The notes under the pieces: model-generated
What the model was told of the DNA's origin: nothing
Seen by the model: the letters and a program-made list of their open reading frames with translations, nothing else
The model's database searches: none
Made by a program: the position numbers and the translations under genes
Shown: positions 53,450 through 64,000 of the stretch, piece by piece
How the letters are laid out: each line of letters opens with the position of its first letter
How positions within the stretch are numbered: position 1 is the first letter of the stretch
Origin: Diplonema japonicum
Lineage: Eukaryota > Protista > Euglenozoa: Diplonemea
Direction: 5' to 3'
DNA: 64,000 bases
Assembly: GCA_964019335.1 (NCBI GenBank)
Contig: OZ025658.1
Coordinates: forward strand, 496,001-560,000

Positions 53450-56206
53450 ATGGGAAACGAAAATTTGGAAGTAGGTACCAAGGTTATTTATCGCGGGCAA
53501 GAGGCCGTGGTAATGTACACGGGCCCGCTGCATCACGCTGTAGGGAACTGGGTGGGTGTGCAGTTCGAAGAGAGCGCTGTGGGTCGGAACGACGGGAGCA
53601 CAGGAGGAAAGAAATACTTCGACGGAAAGCACGGAAGCTGCCTGTTTGTCCGCCCGGGGAACCTCGTTGCCGTGAACTCCAAGAAGCACCGCAGCGCGTT
53701 CAACCAATGGCAAGTCTTCGACGCCGCCAACGAAGGGGAGTTCCTCCGGCACCACGAGATTGCACATTCAACAGAAAGCATGATCCGAAAGGAATCAAAA
53801 CAACTGTTTTCAGCAAAAACACGAACACCCATACCCGAACCCCTCGCGAGTGACCAAGGCCCGCATTTTGCAAACCTCAAGGAGGGTAAGATCTCCGAGG
53901 AGGAGATCAACATGATGATCACACACTACAAGTCCGGAAACGGCGCAAATCTCCACCCGTACTACCTCCACCGTATGCTGACTGAGGCCACGAAAATCGT
54001 CACAAAACAGTGCCCAACAGCGGTGTCGAAAATCTCCATCTCGCAAGGCTCCAATCTTGTTGTGTGTGGTGACACCCACGGACAGCTTGAAGATCTTCTT
54101 TGGATTTATTTCAAACACGGAACTCCTTCTGCTGACAATCAATACCTGATGAATGGTGACATTGCGGACAGGGGCAACCAGGCGGTGGAGATATTTAGTA
54201 TTCTCCTTGCGTATAAAATACTCTGCCCCGCAAGCGTTTGGATCAACAAGGGCAACCACGAGGACAACCTCATGAACCTTAGATATGGCTTCCACGGGGA
54301 GCTGAAGGCCAAGTACCCGGCGCAGTACCAGATCCTCTTCAACGCCTTCCAGAAGTTCTTCTACGCGATTCCCTTGGCGACGGTGATCAACAAACAGGTT
54401 TTTGTCGTACACGGCGGCCTGACGAGAAAACAACTCCGGCTTGGTCTACTAGACTCCGTAGACCACAGACGCCCTGTTCCGGACAGTCCGAAGACATCTT
54501 TACACGATATGATTTTTTACGACATGTTATGGAGCGACCCGCAGAGTGTTAATGGGGTTGGTTTGAACTCGCGAGGTGGGGACACCATCTCATTCGGGCC
54601 AGATGTGACGCACAAATTCCTAGCTTTGAACGGGCTGTCGATGATGATCAGATCGCATCAGGTACCCGAAACAGTTGATTCTGCTGGGTTTCCGCGTGGG
54701 TTTCAATGGCATCACCCATTCCCTGCGGACTCTAAGGTGAAGGGTCTCAACGCAAATCAGCCCGGGATGTGCGTGACCGTATTTTCCGCGTCGAACTATG
54801 TTGGAACGAACGCCAACATGGGCGGTGTTGTGATATTCAAAAACGGTGTTGCCGACTTTGAAATCCTGGAACACTACGCGCAGGATGTCGCCTACCTCCA
54901 TGAGGTGGAGAAGGAAACAGAGGACGCCACCGAAATGCTGCGATCCATTGCTAAACACGAAAAGACATCTAGAGAAGCTATGCTCGCCAAGGCAGCGGGA
55001 TTGCTCGAATCCCAAGGCATGGAGGAGCTCAAATCGATGATCGTTCGGAAGAAACAAGAACTCTTCGAGTTTTTCTGGGCCATCGACCAAGACAAAGACC
55101 TCCACCTCAAACCAGAGTTGTGGAAGGAAGGCTGCTCCTACGTCCTCTCCGACGGGCTTCCATGGGACGACATCATGCAAAAGCTTTGTTTAACCGACCC
55201 CACGTCTGGACTGATTCGCTACACATCGTTTCTGCAAAGATTCCAGATCAGATTCAAAAACAAGATGGGTCTTCACGCCGGGTTCAGACGGGCCATCACA
55301 GACCGGTGCTATGAAATGCTTTTGATGGCCGATTTATCAATGAGAGAGACATTTGCCGTTCTGGACAGAAACGATGATGGTTTGGTCTCGTTGAGGGAGT
55401 TTCAAGAGGTTCTTTCTTCGCTTGGAACGGGGTTGACAAAACCACAGCTGCAGGCTTTGATGAAGACAATTGTGGTGCATTCTTGCCACCCGGGGTCGGG
55501 GGGGAAGCTTAAGATCGAGGACTTCCTGGCAAGACTGCAGCTAAAATACTCCTCAACACACGCAAAAATCGCAAATCATGAACAAGATTGGGTCCCAATG
55601 TTCCTCGGCCAGGTTGCAAAGGACATAGTGCAGGCAGTGCAGAAGGAACACACACGAACGGAAGAGATGGTTCTGCAAAGCACCTCTCCAATTGCGTATT
55701 TAACAGAATTCTTCAACAGCCACGATTTAGACAAGAACGGGTATTTGGAACAAACTGAATTTCTGACAGCGTTGAAGAGGCTGCCGTGTTGTGTAGACCT
55801 CGAACCGGAAAAACTGAAATGTCTCGGGGACTACTGTGACGTGGTAGGCAATGGGCGTGTGAACTACCTTGAATTTCTTCATGCGTTTCATGTAGAAGAC
55901 TCCGCGGGCTCCGAGCTGTCGGAAGACATACTGGAACACGTATACCGAATTTTACATTTTGAGTTTACAGGTGCTATGCGACGTGCATTCCACTCCTTCG
56001 AGGAGCCTGATGACCTTGTTACGTCTGAGCAGTTTAAGTCTGTTGTCATGACCATCAACAATTTGTCGGACCCGCCGCCCCTGAGCGAGACACAGATACA
56101 GTGTCTGATAGACACCCTCGACCTGAATGGCGAGGGCAAGCTCGACTACGAAGATTTCCTTTCTTCCTTTGAGATTATAGACGTTGTATTGGATGAAGAA
56201 GGATAA
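53450..56206 (+). CDS. PPEF: PPEF/RdgC-type Ser/Thr phosphatase with N-terminal CAP-Gly domain and C-terminal EF-hands
   Basis: CAP-Gly: WVGVQF...GRNDGS..GKKYF...FVRP; PPP motifs GDTHG, GDIADRG, GNHE, HGG, WSDP, RSHQ, FSASNY; EF loops DRNDDGLVSLRE, DLDKNGYLEQTE, DLNGEGKLDYED. Confidence 0.9.
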   Translation: MGNENLEVGTKVIYRGQEAVVMYTGPLHHAVGNWVGVQFEESAVGRNDGSTGGKKYFDGKHGSCLFVRPGNLVAVNSKKHRSAFNQWQVFDAANEGEFLRHHEIAHSTESMIRKESKQLFSAKTRTPIPEPLASDQGPHFANLKEGKISEEEINMMITHYKSGNGANLHPYYLHRMLTEATKIVTKQCPTAVSKISISQGSNLVVCGDTHGQLEDLLWIYFKHGTPSADNQYLMNGDIADRGNQAVEIFSILLAYKILCPASVWINKGNHEDNLMNLRYGFHGELKAKYPAQYQILFNAFQKFFYAIPLATVINKQVFVVHGGLTRKQLRLGLLDSVDHRRPVPDSPKTSLHDMIFYDMLWSDPQSVNGVGLNSRGGDTISFGPDVTHKFLALNGLSMMIRSHQVPETVDSAGFPRGFQWHHPFPADSKVKGLNANQPGMCVTVFSASNYVGTNANMGGVVIFKNGVADFEILEHYAQDVAYLHEVEKETEDATEMLRSIAKHEKTSREAMLAKAAGLLESQGMEELKSMIVRKKQELFEFFWAIDQDKDLHLKPELWKEGCSYVLSDGLPWDDIMQKLCLTDPTSGLIRYTSFLQRFQIRFKNKMGLHAGFRRAITDRCYEMLLMADLSMRETFAVLDRNDDGLVSLREFQEVLSSLGTGLTKPQLQALMKTIVVHSCHPGSGGKLKIEDFLARLQLKYSSTHAKIANHEQDWVPMFLGQVAKDIVQAVQKEHTRTEEMVLQSTSPIAYLTEFFNSHDLDKNGYLEQTEFLTALKRLPCCVDLEPEKLKCLGDYCDVVGNGRVNYLEFLHAFHVEDSAGSELSEDILEHVYRILHFEFTGAMRRAFHSFEEPDDLVTSEQFKSVVMTINNLSDPPPLSETQIQCLIDTLDLNGEGKLDYEDFLSSFEIIDVVLDEEG

Positions 56207-56494
56207 AAAAAAATTATTTTTTTTGACTCTTCCTCCCCACACACCCACGAACGCACTTTTTTTTTTCCTTCCATAATTAACTAAGGGGGGGTGGGGGGGA
56301 GGGTGTTGGCAACGTGTTTTCTTTGGGAGAGAGGGGACGGGGGGGTTTTTTTTTTTGTCCCTACCCTCACTCTCATCTCTTCACAGTTCAAATAATTTTT
56401 TTCTTCTTTATTTTCTTAACTGGGGGGTGGAGGAAAACTGCAACTTCTTCTGATAGGCTTTTATTGTGTTTTTTTCCCTTAAATGTCTCTTTTT

Positions 56495-56532
<38 letters not shown>

Positions 56533-56968
56533 TTTTTCCCTTCCAAATTTCTGCTTGAAACGGGGGGGTAATAAAGTAGATAGAGCAAGAAAAAAAAAAA
56601 AAAAAGTGGGGGAAGGGAAAAGAAAAATTATTTTCAAAATTATTCCCTCCTTCAAAAAAAAAAAGGGAGAGGGGGGAAAGCCGATTTATCTTTCTTTTAA
56701 TTCTAATACACCATAGTATCCAGGGTTAACCCATCGCTAACGGGGGGTTTTTTTTTTTAAAATTACAATCGGGTTTTAAATCGACGTCAATCGGGTGGAG
56801 AGCAGCGGTTTTTAAAGTCTGAAACACCTCAAAACTGCATTCTTTACTCTGAGGTCGGAATACAAACCGGTTTTAACTCTAAATACTATTTTTTTTTCTC
56901 CCCCTTTTTTTTGTGACCCCCCCAAAAAAAAACCTAATCACCAGAGGGGGAACCAAACAAAAAAAAAA

Positions 56969-57700
56969 ATGTCCATAATCCTATATGGGGTACCGCTTTC
57001 ACAGCCGTTTAGAGCCTGTGCATGGTTGATGATGATGAAAAAATGCCCGTTTGAGGTCCAGCTAGTGATCCCGGGGGCACCAGGGGATAGAGGTTCACGA
57101 GGTGAGAAATATTTGAAAACAATGCCGACAGGAATGGTGCCCGCTCTACAGGATGGCAACAAAGTGGTGGGGGAAAGCCACGCCATTCTAACATATCTTT
57201 GTGAGAAGAACGGGTGGAGCGACATGTTCCCAAGCGAGGCAGGGGAGAAGGCCAGCATCAACGAGATCTTGTTCTGGCATCAGAGAACTCTACGGGAGGC
57301 CAGTGTTCGTCTTTTCGCCAAACACGTCAGGAAGGACAGGGTTCTGTCACCAGAATACATTGCAGAGGGTGTTGACACCGTCACCATGGCCCTTTACACC
57401 ATCGAGACCGGGTATCTCAAGAGCACCCCTTACCTTAATTCCAACCGACTGACTATTGCGGATCTCAGTGCTTATACGGAACTCGGTCAGCTTTACCTCA
57501 CAAACTTGTTTGATTTCACGCCCTTCCCCAAGGTTAGAGACTGGCTCGAGAGAATGTCGGAGGTGCCGTGTCACGACGTTGCCTTCAAAGGGGTCATGAT
57601 GTTCGGCGACCTGCGCAAGAACACTGTCACCACCGAGCTGCTGCGTACTGCCAACAAGACGAACCTGAAGCTCATAAACGAGACGGTTGCCAAGCTTTGA
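56969..57700 (+). CDS. Glutathione S-transferase, theta-like
   Basis: LYG..LSQPFRA, VPALQDG...ESHAILTYL, LTIADL, FPKVRDWLER. Confidence 0.9.
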   Translation: MSIILYGVPLSQPFRACAWLMMMKKCPFEVQLVIPGAPGDRGSRGEKYLKTMPTGMVPALQDGNKVVGESHAILTYLCEKNGWSDMFPSEAGEKASINEILFWHQRTLREASVRLFAKHVRKDRVLSPEYIAEGVDTVTMALYTIETGYLKSTPYLNSNRLTIADLSAYTELGQLYLTNLFDFTPFPKVRDWLERMSEVPCHDVAFKGVMMFGDLRKNTVTTELLRTANKTNLKLINETVAKL

Positions 57701-57839
57701 AAGAAAAAAAAAAAAAAAGAAAGAAAAAATATAAAAAAAAAAGAATACACAATTCTTTTTTGTTTCATGGAGCGCCACCAACACACCGGCCTCCTTTCTC
57801 TCTTATATTTTTTATGTTTTTGAACCCCCTCCCCCTAAC

Positions 57840-57871
<32 letters not shown>

Positions 57872-57943
57872 TTGAACCCCCAATTTTGCTACACGAAAGA
57901 GAAAAAAAATCTAAAAAAGGAGAAGGGAGGCGTGGGAGAAGAA

Positions 57944-58207
57944 ATGGCAGACCTAGAGGTAAGCCGGTATTCCATGCAAACCGGCAGCGGCACGCTGAGC
58001 AAGCGATACTACGAAGGCGGGCAAGAGTTCGAGCTAGACTACGACCCAAAGGACCCAAGCAACTGGGAGAGAAAGGTGTGGTTTTCTCTCCCGGGCGGCG
58101 GAGCCAGAGAAGTAACAATCGGTGAGCTGATGGGCACCGGCGCATTGGAAGGAAGCGAGACAGACGGCACAGAAGAAACAGAAGAAGAAGAGGAGGAAGA
58201 AGACGAA

Positions 58208-58239
<32 letters not shown>

Positions 58240-61200
58240 GGAGGAGGAGGAAGAAGAAAACCCGATCACAGGAGCAGCGTTGCTGGAGGCCTCCGGCCAC
58301 CACACAAAACAAGAAAAACCACCCCCCGAACCCGTCAAGGAACCCAAACCCGTCAAGGAACCCAAACCAGCGATGAAAAAAGCACATAACCCTGCAAAGG
58401 AGAAGCACCTCGACCTCACCCTAAAGCCTGTCAAAAGTGGAAAGGAAGCCACCATCAAGGTGTACACAACATCGAAAGCAGAGGACATCGACAACTACGT
58501 AGTCGAAGCTTTAAAGCTGGACGACACGTCGGAGCTCATGCTCTTCACGGAAGAAGGTCACGTTGTCACGTCGCTTACCTTTGCATTCGTGGAGACCACT
58601 GAGTGCGTTTGGTACTCCGTGGACCCCGCTCCAGAGGTCCTTTATGTCGTTTCCGAGGAGGTCCCGCAGTTGACAGGGATTTACAATCTATCGCACTCGA
58701 AAAAAACACATTCTCTTCCAACATGGAACGGTGAAAACGGGTACGGGGTGGTGGCAACGACGCAGCAAGGCATCTGGCAAATCGGAGGCACGCACACAGG
58801 GTTTAAAATATCGTGCAGCGAACCCCACAAGGGGACGATGCCGGACAAGGTCAAATCCGGTTGGGTGTTCGCGGACCCGATGGTGGTACCTGACCGACAG
58901 AACACCCTGGCTAAGTTTACGAAAATATCCCGTTTGAGCGATCAATGGAAAAAATGGCGGTCCGACGCACAGATCCGCTTGCGCAGCATCGGTACGGGCT
59001 TCGCATCTTCCTACGGCACGAAACCCTCCACACAGCTAGCAGAGTTCCAAAAGCAAAAAGAACGCGGTGAAACCGGACCACGAAAATGCGTCCCTCTCCG
59101 AAACCACTCTGTCTTGCCGAAACACCAACAGTTCGCGCCGTACCCTGTCGAGCACACAGCGTCCTGCACTGTCGCGGATGAAAAGCTCATGGTGTTCGGC
59201 GGGTGTCGGGGTTCAACTGAGGAGAACGAAATGTACCAACTCCGCGGGTCCACACTTGAGTGGCGGCGGGTAGAAGCTGCAACCGGTCCCATCACAGGAA
59301 AGAGCCAATCCCCATTGGGCCGCCACGGCCACTCTTTGAACACCCTGAAAAACAAGAAAATATTCGTAGTCGGTGGGATAGGCACCGGAGGGGTTGGTTC
59401 GGAAATGCCTGACAACCCGTCCGCCGTCGAGCTCACTGCAGGGATGCTGCATCAAATCCCCGAGCTTGAGGACGCACCGCATCCACCTAACCTTCATACG
59501 GCACACGACACGTGGGGCCCGCTTGCCGACGCTGGGTTCCCTTTGGACTCATCAGAGACATTGAACTTCGCAACGCTTACAAAGCTCGGCCGCTCCATCC
59601 TGTCGCCCATTAAGAACTCCGGGTTTGTCCGGAACTGCTACAGGATGGACGTGGCAACAGGGGCGTGGAAGCTGGTGCTGACCGACGCGTCTGTTCTGGT
59701 CGCGTACCACGCCAGCGTCACACATGGACATGAACTGTATTTATTCGGCGGTGTCGGAGCCAGCCGCCGTGTGACCAACGCCATGAAGGTTCTAGATCTA
59801 GGCGTGCGGTGTAGGTACTGTAAACGGCAAGGCTCGCACCAAGTTCCCGGTGTCGAGCGTCGCAGAGCCGGACCGAAGGGGAAGTTCGCTACATTCGAAG
59901 GTTTCATCAAAAAGTACGGTGAAGCCCACGCGGAGGGGATGTGGGACGAGGCCGACATCGAACCAACCCCAACATCCGCAAGCGACGCACGACCCCCTAA
60001 AAACGGCCCGCTTGCGTGGGTTTGCGAAACACACCTCCACCAGTACCACAACGGGACTTACTTCCGACGAAGGGTTGGGCAGTATTTCTGGCGGACCGTG
60101 GAACAGATGGGCGAGGTGCCCTGCCCGAGGTACTCCCACACGATGCTGTCCTTCAACAATGAACTAATCGTCTTCGGCGGGCTTGGGGGAAATGTGACCC
60201 AGGACGAATCAGCATTCCTCCCGCCAGCCGTCTACTCATACTGTCTTGTCAGGGAAAGCTGGTCGGTCCTTGAAACGAATTCAGGTCCGTCGCCTCGTTA
60301 CGGCCACACTGCAACGCTTGCTGGATCGGACATGCTTGTCACAGGAGGATGCGTTGGGCAGCTTCCGGGGTCAATATCTGGACAACTGTCAAACGAAGTG
60401 TGGTCGTTGAACCTTTACAAACAAGTTTGGAGGAAAATTGTGATTCACAATGTACCCCGACTGAAGTACCACAGTGCGGCCGTGCTTCCCGCCGTGGAAG
60501 GTGTCAGTGGGCATGCGTTGGTTCTCTTTGGCGGTTGGCACCAGGAACTCGACACTTGGCATATTGGCGACGATATACGCGGCGACACAATGGAGGAGTA
60601 CAACGTTATGAAAATACCCGAATCAGACGAAGCTTATGAAGGTTCGCTGATCGGCCCCGTTGTGAAAGGTACGCAAGGTTGGTACTGCCCCTTCCGCCCG
60701 AAAGACTGCAAGGAACAACGCAAAAAAGGCCCTCTTCCACCCGGCATCCCACCCGGCTTAATGAAATCGAACAAATCCCAAGCGGGCCGCCCGGTTCTGT
60801 CGGATGCGCAATGGTTGGGCCCGCTTCAAACCGTTTTGAAACCAAGCTTTAGAACGGAAGAAGGCGAAGGTTGCAACAGGCGGATCATAATAGTAGGCGA
60901 CACGCGAAATGTAGTAGGAGACAGCCCGGGTGTGTTTGAAGGCACGCAAAACAATATTTCAAAAGAAGCAGCACCGCGAAAGGCGAAACGTTTAGACGGC
61001 CGTCTCGAACCAGCGTATTTCTTCGGCGCGAAAAAGGGCAGCGAAGAACGAACGGTGGTCCTCGAACATCTCATCACAAACAACACATGGGTGATACCTC
61101 TCCTCCCGCCTCTAAAAGAAGAGAGGAAAGACGATGACGCGGACAGAGAACCTCCCCCGATGCCCGAAAACGTCGAAAAACGTATTAAAAGACTGTACGG

Positions 61201-62779
61201 CAAGAAGCTAATCACGGAAAACAAGGTAGCCGCTATGCGAACGACGCTCTTTAAAAGAAGCATGGCGGAGTCGGAACCGAAAATCTACACGACGGTGAAA
61301 ATGCTTGAGTCAATCGATGCTGCTGTTAAAAACGTACAAGAAGTCGTGGCTTCGCTTGGAGAAGTTCCTGATGGTGCAGCCCTGTCCGGGGCACCAACGA
61401 AAAAACTCAAAGAACTTGCAAAGGAAGTCTCTGTAACGGTGGGAAAGATGGATGTCGATCCTCTTCTGAAAAAATGCGAGTCCGCACTTGAAAAACACGA
61501 CAGGGACGTCGCGAAGAACAAAGCGTTCATGATTCTAGACAAACCCGCACCTCCGAAGACCCCGTTGCTCCCTGTATGGCTTCTCCAAGACCAGATCGCG
61601 AACGCGAAGCAAGTTCTGACAACGTACCACACCTACGCAAAGGACGCTGTTCCGAAATCAGAGGCGTACATGGGGTATCGTTCTCTGTACGGGGAAGTAC
61701 TCGAGTCTTTGAAGGAACTAACAAAACTGCTCGGGGAGAAGGTGCAGCGCAGCGAAGAAGCAGCAGGGAAATGGTTGAAACTGGTCTCCGACAAACGCAC
61801 GCTTCGTCGAATGGACGCAGAAAAACTCCGTGACCTACAAGCCAAGCGTGCCCACGATGAGTACCTCAAAAAAATGAAACAAACCCGCGAGAAAAACATG
61901 GCCGCTGTGGCTGAAATGCGTTCCGTTCCTGAAACACGTTCAAAATCTCTTTTAAACCTCGCGATCCACGGGGTGTTCATGTCGAGACTCCTCGCCGCAG
62001 GGGGCACCATGCCCGACAAGATTTTAGTGAAGTCGCACGTCGTCGAGGCCAGCGGGTTGTACGTGAAGCAAACCGGGCAGAGCAACGCCACCCCGTACAA
62101 ACGAGGCGTTGAAAAAACATTTTGGCAGTCTGTTAAAAACGAGTTCGTCCTCGCGCAAACACTGGGAAAACGGTGGGCCGTCGGACGCCCTGGGGAAGAC
62201 CCAATCCACTGCACGCAAGAAAACGCTTTCGGACCACCCGTCCTCTACGCATGGCACAGCGGTGTGGAAGAAGAATGGGTACCTGACACAGGTGTTCAGG
62301 TGAGAGCCGTGTGTTCCGACAAAAAACCCGCCAGAAAACACAAAAAACCCGAAATAATGATGCCGCCTGTGGTACCTATTGTAAGAGAAGGCTGGGCACT
62401 GCCTTTCTCAGTTGGCGACAAGGTGTCCTGCTTGAAGCAGATTCAGTTCTCATCAGGCGGCTCGGTCATCCCAGGCGATCTGGGCGAGGTTACCGCTGTA
62501 CCAGGATTTTGCTCGGACTCTCCTTGCCAGGTGTTCATCAATGGTTACACTTTTTCTGCGCTGGATGGAGATGTGGCAGCGGTCCCTGTTCCAGAGGTTG
62601 TGCGGCAGAAGCCCCCAGTGACTGTGCGGGCACCATCAGTACACAGGAAGGTTCTTACCACGATACCTGTTGTCCAACCTAACCCGGTCGCTGCGATGAG
62701 AACAACCAAAAAAAAAAAACTCACTGCGGGGCAGCTTGAAATTGAACGGGCTAGACACGCAAACACTAGAAGACGTTAG
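57944..62779 (+). CDS. Large Kelch-repeat protein with poly-Glu tract and coiled-coil C-terminal region
   Basis: Repeated RxxH...(F/V)GG...W blades (GRHGHS..VVGG, YHAS..LFGG, PRYSHT..VFGG, PRYGHT..VTGG, YHSA..LFGG); first ATG 57944. Confidence 0.8.
58171..58258 (+). repeat. GAA/GAG poly-Glu coding repeat
   Basis: Directly visible. Confidence 0.9.
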
Positions 62780-62957
62780 ATGGGGATCTTTTTTTCTCTT
62801 TTTTATTTTAGGAAAAAAAAAAAAATTAGCTAACTAGATGATAGAAAAAAATATATTTTTACCTTTCCCCCCCCCTTTTTTTTTGTTGCTCCCTCTTCTA
62901 TATTTCCCTCTTAGGCTGGTGAACAGAGAGAAAGAGGAAGGGAAAAAAAAATTAAAA

Positions 62958-63324
62958 ATGTCGAGCCATAGCATATCATTGTCACCGGCAAGTTTTGGGA
63001 AGATGTACCTGCATTGTTTCAAGTACGCGTCGAGGGCTGTTAGCGGGCTTCTGGTTGGGAAGTCAGTGGGGGGGGTGGTGTACGTAGCTGATGTGCTTCC
63101 ACTGTTCCACACCTACACCCAGCTTTGCCCGATGGTGGAGGTGGGGATTGCACACGCGCAGGAATGGGCCAAGGACAACGGAATGCGGGTGGTATGTGAG
63201 AAAAAAAAAAAGAAAAAAAAAGGAAAAAAAAAAAGGTTGGTTACTATGCCGCGTCTGCTGGTCTCGATGACCGGCCAGCGCCAACCAAATTCACTGAAAA
63301 TGTTATGAAGAGGTACTTATAATG

Positions 63325-63361
<37 letters not shown>

Positions 63362-63759
63362 GCCGCAGTATCTCATCTGAAGGAGAAAGTATTGTGATCC
63401 AAGTTTTAAACGATAAGATACGGGCTGACATATCCGAGATCCCCTACAAGGTATGAGGGAGGAGATGGGAAATTTCAATTTTTTTTTTTTTTTTTTTAAT
63501 ACAGTTCTTCAGCGCCTCGGATTTGAAAACTGGGAGAACAGCAGAGTCAGGAATCTGCAAAATCCAATATCTTGCAGATGGAGCGCTCTGCAACCTTGGG
63601 GACAGCATGGCTCCTTTCGAGCGCCTTCGTCTAGCAGTCAAAGAGGACCAGACCAAACTGCTCGTCGACTTCGAAGAACACTTGGAAGACGTGAACTTAG
63701 ACTTCACTGGATCAGCTCTTACAAAATTTTTGACCGAGAATGTCGCACCTCTCGAGTAG
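62958..63759 (+). CDS. EMC8: ER membrane protein complex subunit 8/9 (UPF0172); exons 62958-63191, 63236-63312, 63369-63450, 63505-63759 (215 aa)
   Basis: KMYLHCFKY...VSGLLVG, DVLPLFH, PMVEV, V|VGYY across intron 1, LVDFEEHLED; three GT-AG introns restore one frame. Confidence 0.88.
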
Positions 63760-64000
63760 GGGAGAAAACACCACGCATTTTTTTTTTTTTTTTTTTTTTC
63801 CGAGAAATCTTTTTTTTCCCCAGTGTTTTTAAAGTATTTTTCTTCTTCTTTTTTTTTTTTTTTTTTTACCAACACACTCCCCATCCCATCTACGCCTTCC
63901 CCCCCCCCCCCCCCCCGTGTTATTATTTTCTCTTTTTTTTTTTGCAGTTAACAAAAAAAAAGAGAAAAAAAAGGCCAAAAAAAATAATAGAGTAATGTCG

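Overview
Eukaryotic nuclear DNA. About 17 protein-coding genes, all on the + strand, are separated by spacers dominated by A/T/C/G homopolymer runs. Short GT-AG introns, missed by the ORF track, can be placed by hand from protein conservation. The one-strand gene array and the mucin-stalk multi-TM receptors suggest a euglenozoan, probably a diplonemid; this is inference, not proof. Gene order: Nopp140/SRP40 (spliced), a box C/D guide RNA, S10 serine carboxypeptidase, TM + Zn-finger protein, LamG-mucin-multi-TM receptor, EF-hand protein, small spliced orphan, cytoplasmic dynein-1 heavy chain (5 introns), second lectin-mucin-multi-TM receptor, ADP-ribosyltransferase/ankyrin protein, small spliced orphan, kinesin-13 with Zn fingers, YccV-like protein, non-LTR retrotransposon debris (including an OTU-like piece), divergent beta-tubulin, CAP-Gly-PPEF phosphatase, GST-theta, Kelch protein, EMC8/9 (3 introns). 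The most striking unannotated item is an ~85-nt box C/D RNA just downstream of Nopp140. By the D+5 rule its two guides point at the residues equivalent to U6 A70 and U5 G37, both known 2'-O-methylation sites of spliceosomal snRNAs. Other highlights: tiny poly(A)-filled introns with no polypyrimidine tract, a ~129-aa foreign domain inserted in the dynein tail, a toxin-like R-S-E ART protein, and an M-loop-deleted beta-tubulin next to unusual microtubule regulators. All family assignments come from motif recognition by eye; no searches were run.
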